From the human T2T-CHM13v2.0 reference genome, Homo sapiens, in the NCBI RefSeq assembly GCF_009914755.1, contig NC_060937.1: a stretch of DNA of 64,000 nucleotides; one strand, 5' to 3'. How positions within the stretch are numbered: the stretch's first letter is position 1; the number at the start of each line of letters is the position of its first letter. Below, one piece after another: positions 1 to 12,330 of this stretch. Made by a program: the position numbers and the translations under genes. The notes under the pieces were generated by a model. It did not search any database. It was not told the origin of the DNA and saw nothing but the letters and a program-made list of their open reading frames with translations.

Positions 1-49
1 CCTTTCAAAACTCTTTATGTTCCCATAGCTCTAGTGATTGAGCAAGTAA

Positions 50-700
50 ATTAGCAGGATTTGAGCCATGAGGAATACCCAGGCAAAGTGAAAGGAAGCA
101 AATGGATTATTGCAAAAATTGAGATAAGAGATGATTAGGGCATGGTTAGAGTAGCAGCAATTGGCGTGAAAAAAATTAGTGGACTTGAGATGTATTTTGG
201 AGCTGTAACCAGAATTTGCTGGTGGGCTGGATGAATACAGGAAGAATACAACAAGCATGACTACGGAGTTTTTGGCTCAAACAGCTGATAAGACAGTGGT
301 GTTAATTTTAGAACAAGGAGCATTGGCCGATTAATAAACCTGGGTAGAGGAGTCATTTGTTCCATTAAGTTCTTGTTAAATTTTAAGAAGTAGATAAATA
401 AATCTAAAACAGGCAGTTAATAGAGTTTTGGGGTCTAGAGGGCAAGTAGAATATTTGAACTTCAAGAGGAAACAGGATAATTCTTCCATTTAACAGGAGA
501 AAAGACTAAGATCATAGTTCAGGCACAGGATAGCTTTGAGATTTGGGGGTAAGAATTTGAGCTCCTCCTTGAATACTTTTATTTTCTCAATCTTGACATG
601 AGACCCGTGGCTGAGTAAGAAGACGTACAGGAGTTAAATATTAAGGAAAAAGGTTAAAAGTGTAAATTATTCTCAAGAGTGAAAAGTGGTTATACGGGGG
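50..700 (-). mobile_element. Highly degenerate LINE-2 relic
   Basis: Purine-rich decayed sequence with L2-like phrases (gagatgtattttggag, gttctt...aaatttt); boundaries approximate. Confidence 0.45.
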
Positions 701-1337
701 GACATGTTAGATTTCCAAGCAATATCAAGTTTCTGTGAAGTCTATGGTCATGAATTTTAAGTGAAACCACTGTGGAACAAAATCAAACTTTGCCTTGGGT
801 TTGGTTCTGCTCTGTCAGAGACAATTTTATTATGATTTTTTAATGCAGCCATGTGAAAGTGTAAGGCAAAATAGCCCCTGATGAGAACCTATACTACAAT
901 GATGAGCTAATATACAGATTAAGTGAGCAAATTTCCATACTAAATATTTCATACGTAAGTGAAAAAAATACAATTTCTGATGGCAAACAATGATTACTAA
1001 TTTTATGGTCACAAAAATACCTCATAGTTAAAAGTTATATTCCGAGCATACTAAACATGAGTTTTATACTTAAATTTCTGCTTTGGAAACCTGAATTATA
1101 AACTTTAATTTATTTGATTTAATTATGGAAATATAAGTTACAACTCTATTAGATGAAGAGCCTTGAGAGAAATATAATGTTGTTGGCATAATTATTGTGG
1201 TACAGTTATGCAATTGTTCTTCTCAGCAAGTTAAGGAAGAGCAAGTTGGAAAATGTTTATATTTAAGTGATATTATAAAATGATTTTCAGGGCAGCCTAA
1301 ACTGTTTTTTAAGCTGAATGCATGCTCTGTTTCTTGG

Positions 1338-1625
1338 ATTGTGTTAATGTCAACTTGGTTAAGATGGAAACTGGATTTCCCAGACCCTCTATCCCTCCAG
1401 CATTCCAAATTAGAAATATTCTAAAAAGGATCTTGTATGAGATTTGGAGGATAAAAGTGAAGCTGTAGTAATTATTCTCTGAAAGCCATAATGTTCACAT
1501 ATGGTGGCAGATATAGACAAGAGCCCCAGCTACTATCTGTTTTGCATCCAGTTTGTCTTCCCAGCTGCTGGCCCTGTTGACCAATAGAAGCCTTGAATGA
1601 TTTTAAGTGCTTGGCTGAGAAGCTA
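1338..1625 (+). mobile_element. ERVL LTR fragment (LTR33-like)
   Basis: tgtcaacttggttaagatggaaactggatttcccaga...gagatttggaggataaaagtgaag resembles the recalled LTR33 5' part. Confidence 0.55.
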
Positions 1626-1657
1626 CACAGGTGTTAAATACATAGACGCACTTAGGA

Positions 1658-2966
1658 TAGCTTGTTAGCTTCTTCAACCAATTTAGTGATGATACATCTA
1701 ACTTTTCACTAACCTTTTTTCCAACTCACTATCATCACTCCTTCTAATCTTAACAGATTGACTATTGCTTCTCATAACCATAGCGAGCCAATATCACCTC
1801 TCCAAAGAGTCATTCCCATTAAAAAAAAAACTTTACATCTCAATACTAATTTCCCTACAAATATTATAAATTATAACATTTCCTGCCACAGAATTATCAT
1901 ATTTTATATCCTCTTTGAAGCCACACTAGTCCCCACCCTAGTTATTATTACCTGCCGAGGCAATCAAACAGAATGCCTTAACACAGGACTACACTTTTTA
2001 TGCTATATGCTGGTTGGATCTCTATCCTTACCCATAGTATTCATTTATACCCTAACTTCCCTAGGCTCCCTAAATATACTAATTACATCATATAGTGCTC
2101 AAGAAATAATAACTTCCTAATCCAATAGTCTTTTATGACTATGATACTCCACAGCATTTATAGTAAAAATATCCCTCTATGGACTCCATCTATGACTGCC
2201 AAAAGCCCACATACAGGCCCCCATTGCTGGGTCAATAGTCCTCCCAGCAGTACTCCTAAAATTAGGTGGCTATGGAATAATGCAAGTCAACTTAATCCTT
2301 AAACCCCTAAGAGAATTTATATCATACCCCTTCTTCATACTATCCGTATGAGGAATAATTATAACGAGCTTCATCTGCCTGCACCAAACTGATCTAAAGT
2401 CACTCATTGCCTACTCCTCTGAAAGCCTCATAGCACTTGTTATCATAGCCATCCTCATCCAAACCTCCTGAAGTTGTGTAGGCGTAATGGCCCTAATAAT
2501 TGCCCATTGACTCACCTCATCCATATTATTCTGCGTTGCAAACTCAAACTATGAACGAGTCCATAGCCAAACCATACTGCTAGCCTGGGGCCTTCAAAAA
2601 CTCCTCCCACCACATGATGATAATAGCCACATGACGACTCTCCAACTTCGCCCAACCTCAAACCTCAACAACCTCCAATTTAACTCACTTTTCCCTACCC
2701 CCATCATTAATCTAGTAGGAGAAATTTTCATAACCATAGCCTCATTCTCTTGATCTAACCTTACCATTATGTTTATAGAATGTAATATATTACTCACAGC
2801 CCTTTATTCTCTGTATATATTAATTATTACACAATGAAGAGTATTCACATATCATGCTGATAATATTAAATCATCCCCATGTGAGAAAATACCCTAATAT
2901 GTAAACATTTTCTACCCCTTCTCCTATTATCACTAAACCCTAAGGTAATTTTGGGGTTCATATAAT
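1658..2966 (+). pseudogene. MT-ND4: MT-ND4 pseudogene, 5' truncated
   Basis: ttcttcaaccaa...; ORF 1758..2120 contains FYILFEATLVPTLVIITCRGNQTECLN; ccctctatggactccatctatgactgccaaaagcccac encodes the PLYGLHLWLPKAH motif. Confidence 0.95.
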
Positions 2967-3035
2967 GTAGCTGTAGTTTAATTAAAACATTCGACTATGG
3001 ATCTAATAATAGAAGTCTATAACTTCTTACTTACC
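2967..3035 (+). pseudogene. MT-TH: mt-tRNA-His pseudogene (anticodon mutated GTG->ATG)
   Basis: gtagctgtagtttaattaaaacattcgactatggatctaataatagaag...ttacc, 69 nt, directly after ND4. Confidence 0.88.
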
Positions 3036-3094
3036 AAGAAAGTATGAAAGGACTGCTAATTCATGCTCCCATATTTAACAATAAGGCTTTCTTA
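3036..3094 (+). pseudogene. MT-TS2: mt-tRNA-Ser(AGY) pseudogene
   Basis: aagaaagtatgaaaggactGCTaattcatgctcccatatttaacaataaggctttctta; D-armless 59-nt form. Confidence 0.9.
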
Positions 3095-3165
3095 ATTTTT
3101 AAAGGATAAGACTTATCTGTTGGTCTTAGGAACCCAAAACATTTGTGCAACTCCAAATAAAAGTA
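3095..3165 (+). pseudogene. MT-TL2: mt-tRNA-Leu(CUN) pseudogene
   Basis: atttttaaaggataa...ttggtctTAGgaacccaaaac...tgcaactccaaataaaagta. Confidence 0.92.
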
Positions 3166-5352
3166 ATAAATATATTTTCTTTCTTTACACTGACTCACTA
3201 GTCCTACTAACTTTTCCAATTATTATTACCTCAACTAGCATTTATAAAGACAGTTTGTACCCCAATGATGTAAAATCATCCATTGCATTTACCTTTATTA
3301 GCAGCCTCATCCCCACCACCAGATTCATCTATACAGGCCAATAAACTATTGTTTCAAACTGACACTGAATGACAGTTCAAACCCTAAAGCTTTCACTCAG
3401 CTTTAAACTAGATTACTTCTTTACAATATTCATTCCAGTAGCACTATTTGTCACATGATGTATTATAGAATTCTCAATATTGTATATATATACTCAGGCC
3501 CCAACATAAATCAATTCTTCAAATATCTACTCATTTTTCTCATTACTATACTAATTCTAGTCACTGCCAACAACCTATTCCAACTCTTTATCGAATGGAA
3601 AGGCGTAGGTATTGTTGGTCCAAGCTGCACCATTTTGTAAGCGCCACTTTGCAGACCCTAATCAGAGTGAAACATTCCACAGAGGTTCGGGCCATGAGAA
3701 CCATCCTGCCTAACCACCTGACCACAAAGCACAGGAACATTCTTATAACACCCTGCCGGGCAAAGGCACAACTGAAGGGATATCCTTCTGAACATCCTCC
3801 CAGACAGCAAGACGTACCACAAAGACCACCAACCCCGAACCTATAAATTACCCCAGCCTGTAAGCAGCAGTGGGCTCTGGCATTAAGCTGGTCCCCCCCC
3901 TCCGCACGTAGTGCTGGCAATAAACCTGTGTTGCTGTAGAGCCGCCAACTCTCTGTCTTTCTTCAATCTTTACCTTACCATCAAAACCTAACTAGGTCCT
4001 TCCTGCTAATTGGCTGATGGTATGGCGGAACAGACACCAACACAGCAACCCTTCAAGCAATCTGACATGATTGCCTCAGAGACATCAGCTTTATCCTAGC
4101 AATAGCACAATTTCTCTTGTCCAGTATATTAGAACTTCAGCAAATATTTATCCTCAACCCTAGCCCCAGTACTCTCCCACTAATTGGTTTTCTAGTAGCA
4201 GCAGCTAGCAGATCAGCTCAATTTGGTCTCCACCCCTAACTCCTGTCAGCTATAGAAGCCCCAGCACCCATCTCAGCCCTACTCCACTCTAGCACAATAG
4301 TGGTAGCAGGCGTTTTCCTACCAATACAATTTTATTCCCTAATAGATAATAACATAAATATTCAAACACTCACATTATGCTTAGGAGCTATTACTACACT
4401 ATTTACAGCAATCTGCACTCTAACACAAAATGACATATAAAAAATTGTGGCATTTTTCACCTCGAGTTAACTAGGACTCATAATAGTTACAATTGGTATT
4501 AACCAACCTTACCTAGCTTTTCTTCATATTTGTACACATGCCTTTTTCAAAGCTACATTATTTATATGCTCCAGGTCTATTATTCATAACCTCAATGATG
4601 AGCAAGCTATTCAAAACATAGGTAGGCTATTTAAAGCTTGCCCTTTACCTCTTCCTCACATACTATTGGCAGCCTCGCACTCAGGTATATACCTTTCCTC
4701 AAAGGCTTCTGCTCCAAAGATCTTATTATTGAAGCCACAAACACATCATATACCAATGCCCGAGCCCTCTTAATCACACTCATTGCCACCTCCCTAACAG
4801 CTGTCTGCAGTACCCAAATTATCTTCTTCGCACTGGTAGGACAACTTCGCTTCACAACCTTAGTTGTTATCAACAAAAATAATGCCTCCTAATTAATTCA
4901 ATTAAACATTGAAAAATTGGTAGCATTTTTGCCAGATTTTTAATCTCCAACAATATCTCCCCAATATCAATTCCCCAAATAATTATGCCTCTCCATATAA
5001 AGCTCACAGTTCTGGGCACAACTATCCTAGGCTTCTCACTAGCACTATAACTCAACCTTATCACTAATAACCTCAAACTTAAATACCCATCACAAATATT
5101 TAAATTTTCCAATGTATTAGGATTTTATTCAACCACAATGCGCCATGCAACACCATATTCAAACTTCCTTGCAAGCCAAAATATAGCCTCCCTTCTACTA
5201 AATCTAATCTGAATAGAAAGGACAACACCAAAAACACTGCCCAACTTCAGATCATAGCCTCAACCACTGTACCTGCCCAGAAAGGCCTAATTATGCTCCA
5301 CTTTTTCTCTTTCCTTATTCCATTTCTCCTAACCTTATTCTTAATCATTTAA
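3166..5352 (+). pseudogene. MT-ND5: MT-ND5 pseudogene, split by an LTR at 3613-3992
   Basis: ATA start after tRNA-Leu; [14 protein letters not shown] before the LTR; tcctt cctgctaattggctgatgg resumes after it; ends TAA 5350-5352. Confidence 0.95.
3613..3992 (+). mobile_element. Solo ERV LTR inserted in the NUMT (LTR18-like, ERVL; family tentative)
   Basis: Starts TG (tgttggtccaagctgcaccattttgtaag), has TATAAA at ~3842 and AATAAA at ~3919, ends aaaacctaac; non-mitochondrial 380 bp within ND5; TSD not clean. Confidence 0.8.
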
Positions 5353-5353
5353 C

Positions 5354-5654
5354 CCTACTTCCCTGGGTAATCTCTATTGTGATAAAAATACTAACAAACA
5401 AAGATTAACCAGCAACCACCACCAGTCAACTCTCATAGCTATATAATGTGGCCACACCTATAGAATCCTCACCGAGTAATCCCACTTCCTCGCCTTCAAA
5501 TATTACCCAATTTTCCATGTTTTTAAAATTGATTACAATTTCTACCTTGTTCTAATTATTCACACTACCATTACCAACTCTAATACCAAATGTAATATCA
5601 CCTCAAATGTCACCTCGTAATGTCACCCCAAATGACAACACTTGGCCCCCAAGC
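5354..5654 (-). pseudogene. MT-ND6: MT-ND6 pseudogene, 3' half only
   Basis: Follows ND5; the minus strand ends ...ACC CAG GGA AGT AGG like primate ND6; ccacacctatagaatcctcacc matches ND6. Confidence 0.9.
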
Positions 5655-5887
5655 AATTGAAGGTGTTAAATACAGAGAAGTCCTCAGGATTGGGAGTTAA
5701 GACCCTAGGATTAAACTCCTGGGGGCTTGTATGTATTTAACACCTCTGTAGCTTCACCTCTGTAGCTCCCAAGATTTTTCTTGGGAAGATGGATATGTTT
5801 GCTTTTTTTGATGATCTCTTCAGACTTCATGTTTTCACCTATCAGTCCTTCAAGCTGATTCTTTAGTGGCCCTGATAGTAATAATCT

Positions 5888-5980
5888 AATGTGATTATTA
5901 TGCATTGTATAACTTTCAAAATATCTCATGTACCTCATAAATATATACACCTACTGAATACCCACAAAAATTAAAAATAT
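5888..5980 (+). mobile_element. L1 3' end fragment (L1MA/L1PB type)
   Basis: tgtgattattatgcattg...aaaatatctcatgtacctcataaatatatacacctact...cccacaaaaattaaaaat. Confidence 0.8.
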
Positions 5981-6049
5981 ATTTTTAAAAATTTCCTTGT
6001 TTAGAGTTTTATGATGGTATATACAATGTGCATTTTGTTTTTATTTCAA

Positions 6050-6920
6050 TATCAGCTCAGACTAGGTTTACTTGTAGAAAAAAACTATGCAAAATATTGT
6101 TAGCTTGCAAGAACAAAGGTTTATTTCTTACACATTTTAATGTTTACTGCTAGTCAACTTTTGCTTTGTTTCAAGTCTTTTTTATGACAGTACACCAGCT
6201 AAATAGCAGCCTTTGTCTCTGATTACCAAGACCCATGACACATGGGAAAATAGAGAAAGCAGGCTCTCGTCAAGACTCTTAAGCTCTTGCTCAAAAGTGA
6301 CACATGCGCTACAAACTCACATTTCATTCAAAAAAGCAATTCATATGACCAATCCGAATTCAATAGAAAGTATAATTCTTCCACAAGGATATATCTGGTA
6401 CAGAGGAAAAGCAAAGCTTTTGACAATACCAAAAGAATTTAACAGAATCCATCCTCATGTACAAAATATTATTTTTTTTTTCATTTAAGCACAAAAAAAT
6501 ACATTCATTCTTTTTCTAGGTAGACAATGCATTGCCCCATTCACTTATGACATCAGGTCCAAGTTGAGGATTTTTTTGATGGCCCCCACATTAGACTTGA
6601 ATAGGATTACATTAAACCCGGAGATCTATATATGAAATTGTCAAATTATCTGCTTCTCACTTCCTTCTGTGATTTCTGAATCCATACATTTAGCATAAAA
6701 GTAGTAGAATGGGGATAATATAATCATAGTTAATGATTTCATTTAGAAAGGCACATAGCAGTTACTCTTCCTTAGTATCCCGAAAGCCTACTGGGTAGAA
6801 ATTGCAAAGGGACCATTCACTGGTGTTTGGGAATGTTTCTTGATTAGCGCCCAGTCTATGATTCTGAACAGCTTTCCAGCTCACTATTTCCCACATTCCT
6901 TAGCTCCACCACCCAGTTTT
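6050..6920 (-). mobile_element. Old MaLR (MLT1J/K-like LTR plus internal fragment)
   Basis: tatcagctcagactaggtt...aacaaaggtttatttctt...cacatttcattcaaaaaagcaattcatatgacc. Confidence 0.55.
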
Positions 6921-8029
6921 GTCTTTTTCACCACCTTATATTTTCATGCCAGTATAATGCTTGGTTTGTAATAGTTGCACAGCAAAGGCCTACTAAGTGA
7001 GTAAACAATTTACAAAACAAGGTAAATATAAGGAATGAAGTGTTATATAATGTAGAACAGATTTGTAAGCCTTAGAAAAATCAAAGGAGCTCAATTAAGA
7101 CTATTATTTCAGGAAACCCTGGAAAGGTAGGGTATGAGATGGTAAGAAAATAACATTTTCAGCAAATGGAGAAAATGAGTAAAGTCATCAATGAACATAT
7201 GTAAGACAAGCTTGATGAGGATTTTGAAGGAAAATAACTTTACATATAAAAGAATTATAAACTGCTAATACAAATTTTTAAGTATCTAACATTTAAATTT
7301 ATCAATTTAAATATTTTATACAATGCATATATTTTTTATGTAAAATAACAACTGAAATGAAAGTTGCTCATGTTGCCTTCAGAATCTTCTTTCTCTTATT
7401 ATTTAAACACACAGAAGCATCTTCTCATTAAAAAATGACACTAGGACCAGTGAACCTACAAAGTGTTCTTGCTCTACCCTTCTCACTGTGATTTATGATC
7501 ATGTATTTAAAGTGTCTTCCCAAAGCATTAAAATGATAAAGGGTTCCAGGATTACAAAATAATGCCACTGGAGAGTTCAAAGGAATCATTAGAGACTTTT
7601 GGGATAGAAAGAATGGAATGTTGTTTTATTATTTCATTGATCCTCTCTACATTTCTGCTCAATTCTTCCTTAGTGTTTCTGCTACACAATAAATTAAGTA
7701 ACTGGCTGTCAACTAAATTCATTCCCACCTGAGAGAAAAAAGAAAAAAAATGGAGAATTTGCCATATGTGAGTTTGCACATAAGCTGTTAACTTTTAAAT
7801 GTTGATGCCTCTCATGTGAACAGTAATTAAGCAGACATGATAGAGCAACTCCAGTAAGTACTTAACTGGATTATTTGCATGCTCCCATGTCTATTACTAT
7901 ATTTCTCCTATCTCATTCAACATTTGGTAAACACACGTTAGCTCCCTGCTGTAAGTAATTCAATATGCTGGTTGCTGAGGTTTTTACAGAGGAATATGAA
8001 AATGGAATAAAATTCATACAAACAGTGTC

Positions 8030-8195
8030 CTGCCTTTGTCACTCAGTAGACATGAAACTTTGTGCAAGTTGCTTCACCATTTCTGGGCCTCAGTTTCCTC
8101 ATTTGTAATACAGGAATGTCAACAAGCCCCATCTCACAGGGTTACTAAGAAAAATGAATGTTTGTATGGAAAGCATTCAAATATTAGCTTTTATT
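8030..8195 (+). mobile_element. MIR SINE
   Basis: Core ctgggcctcagtttcctcatttgtaata...atctcacagggtt. Confidence 0.8.
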
Positions 8196-8427
8196 AATAT
8201 TGTTAAAATTGTGAAAATTGCTAGAAAACTACAATATGGTATGACTAATTGATTTAATGCAAGTAGATATCAAACTCTATAGAACTGTGAAGAAGGGCTC
8301 AACACTATTTTAGAATAAGATTTACCAGGAAAAGTAATTTTTGAGCTGACCCCTGAAGAAAGAATAGAAATTAACCCGATTGGTGGAGCAGAAGAAGGTC
8401 AGTACAGGAAAAGAACAGCATATGTTA

Positions 8428-10920
<2,493 letters not shown>

Positions 10921-11059
10921 CTTTATTTATAATTTTCATGTTTTTCACTCTTGTTTTAACTCCATTATTACTGACTCACATGAACTACTCTTCCAAACTG
11001 TTCCTAGAACCATAACAAAGGTAAGTAAAAGAACAGTCTAACTTCAGAATTGAAATCAA

Positions 11060-11260
11060 TTCAGAATAACAAGGGAATGTGTGAAATTTGACCTCTCAAC
11101 ATAGCAGCCATAATTACCAAGTCATTGACTTCTCTTAGCCTCAATTATTTTTTATTGTAAAATTGTGAAAATAAATATTTCACTCAAGTTATTATAAGTA
11201 TAAATATAATTGGTATGTTAAAGTACATGGTATGTTACATAAATATTCAAAAGTAAAGTT
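11060..11260 (+). mobile_element. MIR SINE
   Basis: caagtcattgacttctcttagcctcaatt...tgtaaaatt. Confidence 0.55.
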
Positions 11261-11619
11261 ATGATTTCATTTATCATCGTCATCAACAATTATTATCCTC
11301 AGTATTATTCAAAGTTAGATTACCCATACGAAATAAATACAGATGTTCAAAATATAGACTGAGACTAATTCTCTATGACTGATTTCTTTTTCGCCCCCAA
11401 AATGTGAATTTCCTTAAACAGATTATCGTGGGTAAATTTTTTTAAATTGCTTCCTTTGGAAATTGGTCTGTGAGTTAATGGATGCTTGTATTTTCCTTAG
11501 AAAAATTAAAGTAAATGTATGTAAAATTATATTTTATTGGAAATGTCCTCTAGTGAATTGTGATTTAATATTGTTCTTGTTTTTGACACGTAGGATGAAA
11601 AGCAGTTATCACGATTTTT

Positions 11620-12122
11620 AGAGCATTTTGGGATTTTCCTTGGCTACAAGTAATAGAATTATTACCAGTGACCCCTCACATAAAGAAATATTCAAATATT
11701 CAAAGGCAAGCAGTCTGGAGCTTCAGCTAAGGCTCTATAGTATCAGCAACATCCCAATCTCCTTCTATGTTTCTGCCTGACCATCTTGAGTATGAGCCTT
11801 TTTTTTTTTTCAATAACATTATGGTTGCATGGTCATGCTCCATCAGTGGCTTCATATTTGCAATCCATGCCAGAATAGTTACAGGGATAAATAAGCAACA
11901 AAGAGAAAGGTGATACTTATATCAAGAAAACAAAATTTCCCAGAAATCCCTAGCAGATATTCATCAACAGTAACTCTATCTCATGACTAGCCTGAACTGC
12001 AAAGCAGGCTGGGAAACGCAGTTTATCAACTGGACACATTGTTACCCTAAACAAAATGGAAACTTTGCTGATGAGGAAATAGAAGAGACTAGATATTGAG
12101 TAGGCAACAATAGGGTGAAACA
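11620..12122 (-). mobile_element. MLT1J/K-like MaLR LTR
   Basis: ttggctacaagtaataga...gcaaagcaggctgggaaa...ggacacattgttacc...gatattgagtaggcaac. Confidence 0.6.
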
Positions 12123-12129
12123 TCATCAA

Positions 12130-12240
12130 CAGGATGAAAACATCTTCCGTGTGATCAGCATGCCAGGAGACGTGGAGGCCAGAGGGTTTGGTGCAGGAGT
12201 GTCTGTAGCAGAACATGGCCAAAGGCACCCATTTCTCTAG
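12130..12240 (-). repeat. Inverted copy (111 bp) of 10232-10342
   Basis: Reverse complement of 10232-10342 with about 7 mismatches by manual comparison. Confidence 0.95.
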
Positions 12241-12330
12241 TTGTCAGGCTCTTTTAGTAAATAGAGACAGATGGTAGCTGTATAAAATTTCTTTCTAACC
12301 TGCCATCGTGGAACATGTTACAATGACAGT
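12241..12330 (+). repeat. Direct copy (90 bp) of 12789-12878
   Basis: ttgtcagg.tcttttagtaaatagagacagatggt...gaacatgttaca; about 7 mismatches. Confidence 0.95.

Larger units (their letters stand above)
1658..5654 (+). pseudogene. NUMT: nuclear copy of the mitochondrial ND4-tRNA(His,Ser,Leu)-ND5-ND6 segment
   Basis: Collinear mitochondrial gene order. Translated motifs FYILFEATLVPTLVIIT (ND4), [16 protein letters not shown] and [10 protein letters not shown] (ND5). Many frameshifts and stops. Confidence 0.97.

Noticed and set aside
2967-3165. Three tRNA-like genes
   Set aside because: Mitochondrial-type tRNA pseudogenes with disrupted stems and a mutated His anticodon.
3606-3997. taggt on both sides of the LTR as a TSD
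   Set aside because: The left copy is 2 nt from the LTR TG, and ND5 collinearity does not fit a clean duplication; ambiguous.
1758-4892. ORFs resembling NADH dehydrogenase subunits
   Set aside because: NUMT fragments with frameshifts and stops in the mitochondrial code; not functional CDS.
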